A stretch of DNA of 64,000 nucleotides from Thermoanaerobaculia bacterium (GCA_963666565.1 OY762911.1:4288001-4352000), one strand, 5' to 3'. Counted from the first letter of the stretch, positions 1-10,233 are shown. Notes: a model not told the origin generated them from the sequence alone. Translations and numbers: made by a program.

Positions 1-290
1 GTGCCCTCCGGCGCCAGGAAGACGTGGAACAGCAGGATGTTCAGGACGATCGGCGCCAGCGCGACGAGTGCCAGCGGCACGAACAGGCCGAGGATCAGCA
101 GGACGCCGCAGGCGATTTCCGTCACCTTGACGACCGGCCAGAGGTAGCCCGTGTCCATCATGGCCCCCATGAAAGCCGCCGCCTCGTCTCCCATCTCGGG
201 TTCCGGCCCCAGCCCGAACAGACCGATGACGCCGAACACGGCGAAGATCAGCCCCAGCAGGACGCGGGCAATCGTCGGAAGATGCTTCAT
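1..290 (-). CDS. DoxX-family membrane protein (runs off the window edge)
   Basis: Manual translation from ATG at 290: MKHLPTIARVLLGLIFAVFG...GYLWPVVKVTEIACGVLLILGLFVPLALVALAPIVLNILLFHVFLAPEG, a DoxX-like hydrophobic pattern. Confidence 0.8.
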   Translation of the reverse strand, partial: MKHLPTIARVLLGLIFAVFGVIGLFGLGPEPEMGDEAAAFMGAMMDTGYLWPVVKVTEIACGVLLILGLFVPLALVALAPIVLNILLFHVFLAPEG

Positions 291-413
291 CGTCTACCCT
301 CCCTGTCGCCCCGCTTCTCCATGAGGCGGGAAACCAGCTTAGCGTCCGAGAAAGGGACCTGCGAACAGACGGCCGCTCGCAGGCCGGCGCCAGCGGCAGT
401 CGGGAGCTCACCG

Positions 414-2363
414 ATGAACGATGTACACCGAAGCGCGATTCTCTGGCGGCCTTCGGCGGAACAGGTCGAGGCCTGCAACCTGACCCGCTACGTGCGGTGG
501 CTGGAGGACGAGCGCGGTTTGCGGTTCTCCGGCTACGACGAGCTCTGGCGCTGGTCCGTCGCCGACCTGGAGGGGTTCTGGGGCTCGATCGCCGAGCACT
601 TCACGGTCCGGTTCCACACACCGCCGGAACGAGCGCTCGGCAGCCGCTCGATGCCAGGCGCGCGCTGGTTTCCGGGCGCGACGCTCAACTACGCCGAGCA
701 CGCGCTGGCCAGCGCCGGCGACGAGCCGGCCCTCGTCTGCCGGGGCGAGGCGGGCGCACGGCGCGCGTTCAGCCGCGACGACCTGCGGCGCGAAGTCGCC
801 GCCGCGAGAGCGGGTCTGCGCAGGCTCGGCATCGAGAGCGGCGACCGGGTCGTCGCCTACTTGCCGAACGACGCCGAGGCGGTCATCGCGTTCCTCGCGA
901 CCGCCAGTCTTGGCGCGGTGTGGTCGAGTTGCCCGCCCGAGTTCGGCATCGAGAGCGTCCTGGACCGCTTCCGGCAGATCGAGCCGAAAGTCCTGATCGG
1001 AGTAGACGGCTACCGCTACAACGGACGGGACTACGACCGCGGCGGCGATCTGGAACGGATCGTCCGCTCGCTGCCGACACTCGAAGCTGCGGTCCTCGTC
1101 TCCTCGGCGGCCGGCGATGCGGGCGAGCCGCGACGCATCTCCTGGGCCGAACTGACCGCCGAACCAGGCGAACTCGCCTTCGAGGCCGTGCCGTTCGATC
1201 ACCCGCTCTGGATCCTCTACTCGTCCGGCACCACCGGCCTGCCGAAGGCGATCGTCCAGGGCCACGGCGGCATCCTGCTGGAGCACCTGAAGCAACTGGC
1301 GCTGCACACGGATCTCGGGCCCGGCGACCGCTTCTTCTGGTACACGACGACCGGCTGGATGATGTGGAACTACCTCGTCTCGGGGTTGCTCCTGGGCACG
1401 ACCGTGGTGCTCTTCGACGGTTCGCCCGGGTGGCCCGATCTCTCGGCGCTCTACCGCCTGGCCGACGAGGAGGCCGTGACCTGCTTCGGGGTCAGCGCGC
1501 CGTTCCTGATGGCATGCCGGGCCGCCGGGCTCGAACCCGGCAGGCGATTCGGCTTCGAAGCCCTGCGCGCCATCGGCTCGACCGGCGCGCCGCTCCCGGC
1601 CGAAGGGTTCGACTGGGTCCATGAGCACGTGAAGTCCGACGTCTGGCTCGGCTCGCTGTCCGGCGGCACGGACGTCTGCACCGGCTTCGTCGGGCCGAAT
1701 CCGCTGCAGGCGGTCCGGCGCGGCCGCATCCAGTGCCGCTCGCTCGGCGCCAAGGTGGAGGCGTTCGACGAGGGCGGCCGCGGAGTGACCGGGCAGGTCG
1801 GCGAACTCGTGCTGACGGAACCGCTGCCCTCGATGCCCCTCTTCTTCTGGAACGACGAGTCGGGCGACCGCTACCGGAAGAGCTACTTCGAGCACTGGCC
1901 CGGCGTCTGGCGCCACGGCGACTGGATCGAGTTCGACGGGGACGGAAGCTCCGTCATCTACGGCCGCTCCGACTCGACGCTCAACCGCGGCGGCGTGCGG
2001 ATGGGCACCTCCGAGTTCTACCGCGCCGCCGCGGAGTTGCCGGAGATCGAGGACTGCGTGATCGTCGACACGGGCAGCCTGGACCGCGAGGGCAAGCTTT
2101 GGCTGTTCGTCGTGCTGGCCGAGGGCGTCTCCCTCGACGCCGCGCTCGCCGACCGCATCCGCCGCCACCTCCGCGCCCGGCTCTCGCCCCGCCACGGGCC
2201 GAACGAGATCAGGGCGATTCCGGAGGTCCCGACGACCCTCTCCGGCAAGAAGCTCGAGGTGCCGATCAAGCGCATCCTGGCGGGCGAGCCGGTCGAGAGC
2301 GCCGTGAACGTCGGGACGCTCAAGAACCCGGAGTCGATCGCGGCTCTGGTCGCGTCGCTGTAG
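414..2363 (+). CDS. Acetoacetate--CoA ligase (acetoacetyl-CoA synthetase)
   Basis: AMP-binding motif YSSGTTGLPK, TTGWMMWN, SGGTDVCTGF, GRSDSTLNRGGVRMGTSE; start placed at MNDVH because the upstream ORF extension overlaps the doxX gene. Confidence 0.92.
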   Translation: MNDVHRSAILWRPSAEQVEACNLTRYVRWLEDERGLRFSGYDELWRWSVADLEGFWGSIAEHFTVRFHTPPERALGSRSMPGARWFPGATLNYAEHALASAGDEPALVCRGEAGARRAFSRDDLRREVAAARAGLRRLGIESGDRVVAYLPNDAEAVIAFLATASLGAVWSSCPPEFGIESVLDRFRQIEPKVLIGVDGYRYNGRDYDRGGDLERIVRSLPTLEAAVLVSSAAGDAGEPRRISWAELTAEPGELAFEAVPFDHPLWILYSSGTTGLPKAIVQGHGGILLEHLKQLALHTDLGPGDRFFWYTTTGWMMWNYLVSGLLLGTTVVLFDGSPGWPDLSALYRLADEEAVTCFGVSAPFLMACRAAGLEPGRRFGFEALRAIGSTGAPLPAEGFDWVHEHVKSDVWLGSLSGGTDVCTGFVGPNPLQAVRRGRIQCRSLGAKVEAFDEGGRGVTGQVGELVLTEPLPSMPLFFWNDESGDRYRKSYFEHWPGVWRHGDWIEFDGDGSSVIYGRSDSTLNRGGVRMGTSEFYRAAAELPEIEDCVIVDTGSLDREGKLWLFVVLAEGVSLDAALADRIRRHLRARLSPRHGPNEIRAIPEVPTTLSGKKLEVPIKRILAGEPVESAVNVGTLKNPESIAALVASL

Positions 2364-2370
2364 CCGCCCA

Positions 2371-2540
2371 CTGGGTGCGCGGGGCTGACATCCGACCGCC
2401 CGCAGACGGGCGCTCGGACTGTGACGCGGCTGGCGCGGGGACGCGCCAGCCGGGTTCCGACCCGCTGCCGCCGAAGGCGGCCAGGAAGACGAACCGGCCG
2501 GAGGCCGGCACCACTGGGTGCGCCGGCGTCCCCCGCCGGC
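2371..2540. repeat. Cluster of REP-like hairpin repeats between convergent genes
   Basis: CTGGGTGCGC leaders at 2371 and 2514, degenerate GGGTTCCGACCCGC at about 2452; same family as copies at 10103, 11108, 30352, 38881, 40205, 61509, 63676. Confidence 0.7.
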
Positions 2541-2568
2541 CAGCCGCCGAAGGCCGGCTCCGCCTTGG

Positions 2569-5334
2569 CTACTGGTTCAACTTGCCCGCAAAGTCGCCGC
2601 CGCGGAAGATCGAGACGTTCTCCAGCGAGATGTACTTCCGCAGCGCCTCGTTCACGTCGTCCAGCGTCAGATCGGCGATCGCCTGCTCCTGGGCCGCCAC
2701 GAACGCCATCGTCCGCTCGCTGAACAGGTTGTTGTTCAGCATCGACGCCACGGTACGATCCTGCGACCTTCCGTTCTGCTGCCGGTCCAGGTAGCCGCGC
2801 CGGGCGACCTCGAACTCCTCCTCGGTGAAGCCGCCTTCGAGCGCCTTGCCCACTTCGTCGCGGAAGGCCGCAACCACCTTGTCGGCGTTCTCCGGCGCGA
2901 AGATCGCGAACGTGAGGAACAGCGCGCTGTCGTCGACCGGCGGCGCGGCAACCTGCGACCCGACGCTGTAGGACAAGCCCTCCTCCTGGCGGATTCGCGT
3001 CGCCAGCCGCGAACTGAGGAATCCACCGCCAAGCATGTAGTTCGCCATCACCAGGGCCGGATAGTCCTCGTCGTCGTCGCGCATCGAGAAACTGGTGACC
3101 GCCATCATCATCGCGTTCGTCTTGTCCGGCGTCTCGAGGTCGACGCTCACCGTCTCGACGTCGCGGTACGGATCCGCCACGCGCTCGTAGGGCTCGGCCG
3201 CCCGCCAATCCCCGAACAGCTCTTCGAGCACACCGGCGACCTCGTCCGCGTCGAAGTCCCCGACGATCGCGATCGTGCCGCCCTCGCCGCCATGGAAGGA
3301 CGCCCAGAAGTCTCTCGCCTCCTCGACGGTCGCCGCGTTGAGGCGCTCGATCTGCTCGTCGAAGGTCGGCGAGTACCTGGGATGGTCCGCCGGCCAGCGG
3401 TTGAAGTGCCTGCTCATCGCCATCGGCACCTGCGCCATGGGTTCCGAGCGTTGGGACTCGATCCCGGCCAGGCGCTCCTCGCGCAAGAGATCGAACTCCT
3501 TCGCGTCGAAGGCCGGCTCGCGGAGGATCTCCGCCACCAGACCCAGCACGGCGACGAGATTCTCGCGCACCGTCGTGAACGACCCGCTGGCGATCAGGAC
3601 ACCGCCGCCAACACCGCCCTGCGCCTTCAGGCGATCCAACTCGTCACTGACTTCCTGTCTCGACCGGTTGGTTGTGCCACGCATGAGCATCGCCCCGGCC
3701 AGGTCGCCTGCCGTCGCGCGGCCCATCAGCGCCGCCTCGGTGCCGTGGCGGAAGGCGAAGCTGACGCTGACCGACTCGCCGCGCGTCTGCTTCGCCAGCA
3801 GAGCGACCTTGACGCCGTTCGAGAGTTCGAAGGCCCGGGTACGGCGGTCGATGTTCGCCGGCGTCGGGTCGAACGCCTCGCCCTCCGCGACCGCCTCGCG
3901 CCCGGCGTAGTCGGCCACCAGAGCCGCGACATCCGGCGGCTCGGGAATCTCCGCCCGCTCCGGCGTCGTGTCCGTCGGATGGAAGTAGCCGACGGTCCGG
4001 TTCGAGTTCCGCAGGTAGGTCTGCGCGACCTCGTGGACGCCCTCCGCCGTGACCTGCTCCAACCGGTCGCGGTGGAGGAAGAACAGCCGCCAGTCGCCCA
4101 TCGAGGCCCATTCGCTCAGATCGAGCGCGATCCGCTGCGGATCGTTGAACGCGAGTTCGATGCGCGAGAGATAGTCCCGCTTGGCGCGCTCGACCTCTTC
4201 CTCGGTGGGCGGCTCGGCGGCGACCTCGTCGAGGGTCGCGAACAGCGCCTCGGCGGCCTCCTCCAGGGAGTCCTCCTCACGGACCATCACGTTGGTCATC
4301 AGCACGCCCGGCTGGTTGAGCTGCAGGCTGGAGGCGAAAACCGCCGCCGCCAGCCCGGGCTCGACCAGGTTCCTGTACAGGCGTCCGGCCGGCTCGACGC
4401 CCAGGATGTGGCTGAGCACTTCGACCGCCGCGTACTGTTCGTGTGCGCCCGGCGGCACGTGGTAGACGGCCATCACGAGCTGCGTGTCGCCGACCCGCCG
4501 CAGGGTCACCGTCCGCTCTCCGTCCTGCGCCGGCTCGGCGGTGTAGGTGTCGAAGAGCGTGTTGGCGCCGGTCCGGTCGGGCCGCGGAGTGGGACCGAAC
4601 TTCTCCGCCACCAGTTCCAGCGCCCGATCGACCTCGAACCGCCCGGCGACAACCAGGATCGCATTGTCCGGCTGGTAGTACTTGCGGTAGAAGGCCTGCA
4701 GCCGCTCGATCGGCACGTTCTCGATGTCCGCCCGCGCGCCGATCGTGGAGTTGCCGTAGTTGTGCCAGTCGAAGGCGGCCGACATGACCCGCTTTCGCAG
4801 CACGCCCATCGGCTGGTTCTCGCCGCGCTCCCACTCGTTGCGCACGACGGTCATCTCGGACTCGAGGTCTTCGGCCGAGATGAAGGAGTTCACCATCCGG
4901 TCCGCTTCCAGATCGAGCGCCCACTCCAGGTTCTCGTCGGTCGCCGGGAAGGTCTCGAAGTAGTTCGTGCGGTCGAACCAGGTCGTCCCGTTGGGGAACG
5001 CGCCGTACTCCGTCATTTCGGCCGGGATGTCCGGGTGGTTCGGCGTGCCCTTGAAGACCAGATGCTCCAGCAGGTGAGCCATCCCCGTCTCGCCGTAGCC
5101 CTCGTGGCGGGAACCGACGAGGTACGTGATGTTCACGGTGATCTGCCGCTTGCTCTGGTCGGGAAAGAGCAGGAACCGGAGGCCGTTCTCCAGCCGGTAC
5201 TCCGTGATCCCTTCGACCGAGGCCACCTTGGTGACGCCGTCCGGCAGGTCCTGCGCCGCGAGCGGCAGCGCCGCCGCCAGCCACGCGAGCAGGCAAGCGG
5301 TCAACTTGAAAGCGAGCTTCGTCTTGCGCTTCAT
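2569..5334 (-). CDS. Secreted M16 (pitrilysin/insulinase-family) zinc protease
   Basis: Signal peptide MKRKTK...PLAAQD; inverted zinc motif HLLEH; NGTTWFDRTNYFET; SRLATRIRQEEGLSY. Confidence 0.93.
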   Translation of the reverse strand: MKRKTKLAFKLTACLLAWLAAALPLAAQDLPDGVTKVASVEGITEYRLENGLRFLLFPDQSKRQITVNITYLVGSRHEGYGETGMAHLLEHLVFKGTPNHPDIPAEMTEYGAFPNGTTWFDRTNYFETFPATDENLEWALDLEADRMVNSFISAEDLESEMTVVRNEWERGENQPMGVLRKRVMSAAFDWHNYGNSTIGARADIENVPIERLQAFYRKYYQPDNAILVVAGRFEVDRALELVAEKFGPTPRPDRTGANTLFDTYTAEPAQDGERTVTLRRVGDTQLVMAVYHVPPGAHEQYAAVEVLSHILGVEPAGRLYRNLVEPGLAAAVFASSLQLNQPGVLMTNVMVREEDSLEEAAEALFATLDEVAAEPPTEEEVERAKRDYLSRIELAFNDPQRIALDLSEWASMGDWRLFFLHRDRLEQVTAEGVHEVAQTYLRNSNRTVGYFHPTDTTPERAEIPEPPDVAALVADYAGREAVAEGEAFDPTPANIDRRTRAFELSNGVKVALLAKQTRGESVSVSFAFRHGTEAALMGRATAGDLAGAMLMRGTTNRSRQEVSDELDRLKAQGGVGGGVLIASGSFTTVRENLVAVLGLVAEILREPAFDAKEFDLLREERLAGIESQRSEPMAQVPMAMSRHFNRWPADHPRYSPTFDEQIERLNAATVEEARDFWASFHGGEGGTIAIVGDFDADEVAGVLEELFGDWRAAEPYERVADPYRDVETVSVDLETPDKTNAMMMAVTSFSMRDDDEDYPALVMANYMLGGGFLSSRLATRIRQEEGLSYSVGSQVAAPPVDDSALFLTFAIFAPENADKVVAAFRDEVGKALEGGFTEEEFEVARRGYLDRQQNGRSQDRTVASMLNNNLFSERTMAFVAAQEQAIADLTLDDVNEALRKYISLENVSIFRGGDFAGKLNQ

Positions 5335-5473
5335 CTTTGCTTCTCCAGGAGTCGGCGCAGCCCCGCGCTGCGCGTCCAAGGTCTTGTGCGGGAACGTCCT
5401 GATGTAGAACGGAGCCGGGTCCCGATTGTTTCCGGGTCAAGGCACCTTGCGTGGAGACTACCGCCGAGCGCCG

Positions 5474-6598
5474 CTACCGGCCGGCCCGGGTGTCCAGGCT
5501 GACGCTCTTCAGCAGGGCGAACACCGGCGAACCGACCGCGAGGCCAAGTTCCGCCGCCGACGCCCGCGTGATGCGGGCCCGCAGCCGATGCGATCCGAGA
5601 TCGACGGTCGCCTCGGCGAAGGCGGTCGACTCGTCCCGGTCGAGCGCCACGAGGACGCCGGACAGCACGTTGCGGATGCTGGTCGGCGACGGGCGCTCGG
5701 TGGCGAGCGAAACGTCGCGGGCGCGAACGAGCAACCGCGCCGACTCGCCGGGGGCCAGGTGCTCGATGCGCGGAACGCTGAGCCGCTGGCCGTCGAGGTC
5801 GAGCCAGGTCAGGCGGTACTCGTCGTCATGGGCGCCGACCCGCGCCTCCAGCACCGTCGCGGCCTGGAACCGCTCGGTGAGCGGCGCGAGGTCGAGCTGT
5901 TCGAGCACCTCGACCGTTCCACCGAACGCCTGAACACGGCCTTCGGCGAGCACCAGAACGCGGTCGGCCAGGAGCGCCACCTCGTCGACGGCGTGGCTGA
6001 CGTAGAGCGTCGGGATGCCGAAGCGCGGGTGAAGCGCCAGCAGGTACGGCATGATCTCCGCCTTACGGCGCCGGTCGAGGGCTGACAGCGGTTCGTCGAG
6101 CAGCAGCAGCCGCGGCCGGCTTAGCAGCGCCCGGCCCAGCGCGGCGCGCTGGCGCTCGCCGCCGGACAGGGTGTGCGGCCGCCGGCCGAGCAGCGGCGCC
6201 AGATCCAGGGCGTCGACGACGTCGTCGCGGTTGACCGCCGCAGCGACGCCGAGTTCCGGTGTACTCCGCCGATCCGCGTAGCCGAGGTTGCCCTCGACAT
6301 CGAGATGCGGAAACAGGCGGCCATCCTGAAAGGTGCAGCCCACGGGACGTCGGTGAGGCGGGGTCCGCACTCCCCGCCCACTGTCGAGCCAGGTCTCGCC
6401 ACCAAATGCGATCCGGCCCCGGGCGCAGGCCTCGAAGCCGAGAACCGCCCGCAGCAGGGTCGTCTTGCCGCTGCCCGACGGGCCGAAGACGGCTGTCACG
6501 CCGGCGGCGGGAATCGCCTGCTCAACGTCCAGGTCAAAGCCGGAGAAGCCGACCCGAACGTCGAGTTCAAGAGTTGTGCCCTCCCGCTCAGGCGACAT
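5474..6598 (-). CDS. modC: Molybdate ABC transporter ATP-binding protein
   Basis: Walker A GPSGSGKT, LSGGERQR, LLLDEP, C-terminal TOBE-like SIRNVL segment; follows modB. Confidence 0.92.
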   Translation of the reverse strand: MSPEREGTTLELDVRVGFSGFDLDVEQAIPAAGVTAVFGPSGSGKTTLLRAVLGFEACARGRIAFGGETWLDSGRGVRTPPHRRPVGCTFQDGRLFPHLDVEGNLGYADRRSTPELGVAAAVNRDDVVDALDLAPLLGRRPHTLSGGERQRAALGRALLSRPRLLLLDEPLSALDRRRKAEIMPYLLALHPRFGIPTLYVSHAVDEVALLADRVLVLAEGRVQAFGGTVEVLEQLDLAPLTERFQAATVLEARVGAHDDEYRLTWLDLDGQRLSVPRIEHLAPGESARLLVRARDVSLATERPSPTSIRNVLSGVLVALDRDESTAFAEATVDLGSHRLRARITRASAAELGLAVGSPVFALLKSVSLDTRAGR

Positions 6599-7265
6599 GA
6601 ACCGGCAGCCTCCGGTTGAACACGTAGACGAACACGAGCACCACGAACGCGAACAGCAGCAAGCCGGCGGCAAGCGTGTGCGCCTCCGCGTAGCGCAGGG
6701 TCTCGACATGCTCGTAGATGGCGATCGAGATGACCCGCGTCTTGCCGGGGATGTTGCCGCCGACCATCAGCACGACGCCGAACTCGCCGATGGTGTGGGC
6801 GAAAGTGAGCACCGCGGCGGTCAGGAAGCCGCGCAGCGACAGCGGCGCAGCGACGGTCAGGAAGGCGTCGAGCGGCGACGCGCGTAGCGCGGCAGCCGCC
6901 TCCAGAGGACCCCGGCCCAGCGACTCGAAGGCGGCCTGCAGCGGCTGCACCATGAACGGCAGCGAGTAGACGACGGAGGCGATCAGCAGCCCGGCGAACG
7001 AGAACGTCAGCGTCGTGTCCGTGACCTCGACCCAGAGCCCGCCCAGCCACGACCGGGGGCTCATCAGCAGCAGCAGATAGAAGCCCAGCACCGTCGGCGG
7101 CAGGACGAGCGGCAGCGCCGTCACCGCCTCGACCACCGGCTTGGCCCGCGAGCGCGTCCGCGCCAGCCACCACGCAAGCGGCGTCCCGAGAACGGCCAGC
7201 ACCAGGGTCGCGGCGCCCGCGAGTTGCAGGCTGAGCCACAGCGGGCCGAGTTCAGGCAGGTCCAC
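6588..7265 (-). CDS. modB: Molybdate ABC transporter permease
   Basis: LPLVLPPTVLGFYLL, FAHTIGEFGVVLMVGGNIPG; GTG start inferred. Confidence 0.92.
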   Translation of the reverse strand: MDLPELGPLWLSLQLAGAATLVLAVLGTPLAWWLARTRSRAKPVVEAVTALPLVLPPTVLGFYLLLLMSPRSWLGGLWVEVTDTTLTFSFAGLLIASVVYSLPFMVQPLQAAFESLGRGPLEAAAALRASPLDAFLTVAAPLSLRGFLTAAVLTFAHTIGEFGVVLMVGGNIPGKTRVISIAIYEHVETLRYAEAHTLAAGLLLFAFVVLVFVYVFNRRLPVHVA

Positions 7266-8229
7266 GGCGGCGGTTCTCAGCGGGCGCGGGCGTGACGGCA
7301 AGCGCGGGCGTGGCGGCGGTGGCGGCACCCGCCCCGTCTGGGGCCGGAGGCGCCGGCCCCCGCCGCGGCTGAGCGTGGTCGAGCCGCCCGGCTCCTTCGG
7401 CGACGGGAGGCTGTTCGCCACGGCGTTGCTGCCCGCGCTCGTGCAGACGCCGACGTTTGAGGAGGTCCGCTTGCGATACCAGGGCGTAGCCGAAGGACTC
7501 GATCGTCTCGAGGCCGCCCGGGCTGTGCAAGAAGACCTGGAACGCCTGAGCAGCCTCGCTGCGCTCGGCGCGCTTGAGCAGGACGGCGTCCTGGCGGATC
7601 GGCGGGTGGAGGTCTGCCGGGACGTTCCAGGAGCTCCCCGCAAGACCGTTGCGGGGACTGAGGACGGACGAACGCGCGACGAGGCCCAGTTCCGCGTTGC
7701 CGGAAGCGGTCATGGCGAAGGCCTGTCCGACGTTCTCGCCGAGGACGATCCTCGACTGGAGACTCTCCCACAGGCCGAGTTCGCGCAGGGTCTCGCGGGC
7801 GGCGGCGCCGTAGGGGGCCAGATCCGGGTTGGCAAGCGCCAGCCGGCGGAAGGCGGCGGTCCTCAGCGTGTCGGCGTCGACGGCGATCGTCGGATCGGCG
7901 GTCCACAGCACGAGTCGCCCGATGGCGTAGGTCCGCCGGGAGTCCTCGACGGCGAGCCCCTGTTCGACCAGCAGCCGCGGCCGCTCCTGGTCGGCGGCGA
8001 GAAACAGGTCGAAGGGAGCGCCGTGGAGAATCTGGGCGTAGAGCTTGCCGGTCGAACCGACGGTCACCGTCACCCGGTGGCCGGTCTCGCGCTCGAAGTC
8101 GACGGCGAGCGCCTCGACGGCTTCCGCCGCGTTGGCGGCCACCGCGACCGTCACCGTCGTCTCGCCCGCCCAGGCGCCGCCAGCCGTCAGGACGAGCGCC
8201 GGCAGGAGGCCCGTCCGGGCGGCCCTCAA
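7252..8229 (-). CDS. modA: Molybdate ABC transporter substrate-binding protein with an atypical C-terminal extension
   Basis: VAVAAN, GSTGKLYAQI.HGAPFDLFLAAD, ANPDLAPYG, GENVGQA; inferred TTG start overlaps the ggt-like stop codon. Confidence 0.88.
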   Translation of the reverse strand: MRAARTGLLPALVLTAGGAWAGETTVTVAVAANAAEAVEALAVDFERETGHRVTVTVGSTGKLYAQILHGAPFDLFLAADQERPRLLVEQGLAVEDSRRTYAIGRLVLWTADPTIAVDADTLRTAAFRRLALANPDLAPYGAAARETLRELGLWESLQSRIVLGENVGQAFAMTASGNAELGLVARSSVLSPRNGLAGSSWNVPADLHPPIRQDAVLLKRAERSEAAQAFQVFLHSPGGLETIESFGYALVSQADLLKRRRLHERGQQRRGEQPPVAEGAGRLDHAQPRRGPAPPAPDGAGAATAATPALAVTPAPAENRRRGPA

Positions 8230-10010
8230 ACGGCGACCGCCTGCGCCGTCCGCCTCGGATCGCCGCAGGCGACGGCACCGTCCTCGTCGATCAGGACGCC
8301 CTCGAACGAACCGCAGAGCCAGTTCCACGGGTTGACGACCTCGACCGTCTGGCCGGTCTCTTCCAGCAGCCGGACCGGATCGCCCGGCAGGTCGGCCTCC
8401 ACGATCAGCGCGCCGGGCACGCCCATCGACGAGCCGCCGAACCGCGGCTTGTGGACTGAAGTCTCAAGATCCAGGTCGAAGTCGAGCAGGTTCGTCGTGT
8501 TCTGGACGATGTTCTCGGTCAGCGAGACGCTCGGCGAGCCGGATGCGAGCACCGGCTTCCCGTCCCGCGTGAAGATGTTCGGGCAGATGCGGGCGTGCGC
8601 CCGGCCGCCCGGCTCGACCGGGCCGGAGCCGAGGTGGACGCCGGAGGCGCAGGCGTAGACGCCGTCGACGTAGATGCCGGTACGGAACGGCATCGACATG
8701 ACCGAGTGCAGCACGGTGGCGACGTTGCCCGCGGCGTCGACCACCGTGACGTGGTTCGAGCCCGGTGGAGGCGGCGGTACCACGCCCAGCGCCTCGTACC
8801 GGTCGTTGGGGCTGGCCGGCTTGCCCTCGAGCGCGGCGAACCGCTCCGCCGCGTAGTCCTTCGAGATCGCCCGCTCAACCTCGGGCAGGGTGCCGTCGAA
8901 GCGGCCACCCACCGCATCGGAGTACACCCGCCCGATGATCTGCATCATCCTGAGCGTCGTCTCGCCGGACTCGAACGCGGGGCCCGCCTGCTGGAGGTCG
9001 AGCAGCTCGACCATGTTCATGATCTCGACCAGGGCCTGGCCGCCGAAGTCCGGCGCGGGCGAACCGACGACGCCGTAGTCGCGGTAGGTGCCCATCACCG
9101 GCTCGTCCCAGAACGCCTCGTAGGCCGCCATGTCGTCGGCGGTGATCAGGCCTCCTCTGGCCTGCACGGTCTCGGCGTACCGGCGGCCGAACTCGCCCCG
9201 GTAGAAATGGTCGCCGCCTTCGGAGGCGAGCCGCTCGAGCGTGTCGGCGAGGGCGCTCTGCACCAGCTTGTCGCCGATGTTGCGCAGCGTGCTGCCGTCG
9301 AAGTAGATCTCCCGGCTGAAGGGCTCCCGGCCCAGCACCGCCGACTCGACGAACATCTCGCCCCACAGAAATGGGTGGATCTCGAAGCCGTCGCGGGCGT
9401 AGTGGATGGCCGGCGCCATCACGGTAGCCCGCGGCAGCAGGCCGTGGCGCTCGAGCCCGGCCTCGAAGCCGCCCCAGAACCCCGGCACGAAGCAGAGCGT
9501 GCCGTCCGTCTTCGTCATCAGCGCGCCGAACTCGGCCACGTCCATGTTCCGCACGTCCGGCACCGCCTGCGGCGCCGCCATCATGCCGTTGACGTAGGTG
9601 TACTCGCCGGAGGCGGCGTCGTAGTAGAGCATCGACAGGCAGCCGGAGAGGGTCGTCATGTGCGGCTCGACCACGGCCTGGGCGATGCTGGCGGCCATCA
9701 CGCCGTCGCAGGCGTTGCCGCCCAGGGCGAGCATGTCGGCCGCGGCGGCCGACGCCAGGGGATGGGTGCAGATGGCCAGGCCGTTGGCGCTGCGGACGGC
9801 CTGCTTGGGGCCGAAACGGGCGGTCGCCACCAGGGCGCGCCGCTTTTCGTCGTCCGGGGGCGTCCAGCCGTTGACGGCCGGCGGCGCGAGACCCTCGGGC
9901 TCCGATCCCGGTCCGCAACCGATCGCCATGGCCGCGCCACCGGCCGCCGCAGCCAGCAGGGTCCGGCGATTCAGAGTCAGGTCCGCCGTTTCAACGAGTC
10001 CTCTTCCCAT
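8226..10010 (-). CDS. Gamma-glutamyltransferase-family Ntn hydrolase, Tat signal and possible lipoprotein, divergent active site
   Basis: NRRTLL Tat motif then AIGC; HPLAS..A..ML..GGNA.D, VVEPHM, VPG, GGLITADDMAAY; SNHVTVVDAAGN aligns to canonical TTHxSVVDxxGN. Confidence 0.85.
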   Translation of the reverse strand: MGRGLVETADLTLNRRTLLAAAAGGAAMAIGCGPGSEPEGLAPPAVNGWTPPDDEKRRALVATARFGPKQAVRSANGLAICTHPLASAAAADMLALGGNACDGVMAASIAQAVVEPHMTTLSGCLSMLYYDAASGEYTYVNGMMAAPQAVPDVRNMDVAEFGALMTKTDGTLCFVPGFWGGFEAGLERHGLLPRATVMAPAIHYARDGFEIHPFLWGEMFVESAVLGREPFSREIYFDGSTLRNIGDKLVQSALADTLERLASEGGDHFYRGEFGRRYAETVQARGGLITADDMAAYEAFWDEPVMGTYRDYGVVGSPAPDFGGQALVEIMNMVELLDLQQAGPAFESGETTLRMMQIIGRVYSDAVGGRFDGTLPEVERAISKDYAAERFAALEGKPASPNDRYEALGVVPPPPPGSNHVTVVDAAGNVATVLHSVMSMPFRTGIYVDGVYACASGVHLGSGPVEPGGRAHARICPNIFTRDGKPVLASGSPSVSLTENIVQNTTNLLDFDLDLETSVHKPRFGGSSMGVPGALIVEADLPGDPVRLLEETGQTVEVVNPWNWLCGSFEGVLIDEDGAVACGDPRRTAQAVAV

Positions 10011-10102
10011 CGCTGCCTCCCTCACTCAAGTCTGGCATGAGGTTACCTTGCGCCAAGGCAGCCAAGGCGGCGCCGGCCTCTCGCGACCGCGGTTCGCTTC
10101 GG

Positions 10103-10155
10103 CTGGGTGCGCGGGTCTTCCGACCCGCATCGAGCGCGATGCCGCGAAGCGGCGA
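10103..10155 (+). repeat. REP-like element (family A) followed by a GCCGCGAAGCGGC hairpin
   Basis: CTGGGTGC-GCGGGTC-TTCC-GACCCGC. Confidence 0.8.
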
Positions 10156-10233
10156 GCCCGAGCCGGCCGGCCGCCTCCGGCTGCTGCCGTAAGATGCCTC
10201 ACCCAACCAACGAGGCAAGGGAGAGTTCGAGCC

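Noticed and set aside
24-413. N-terminal extension of the acetoacetate-CoA ligase ORF
   Set aside because: It is antisense to the doxX gene and family similarity begins at Met 414.
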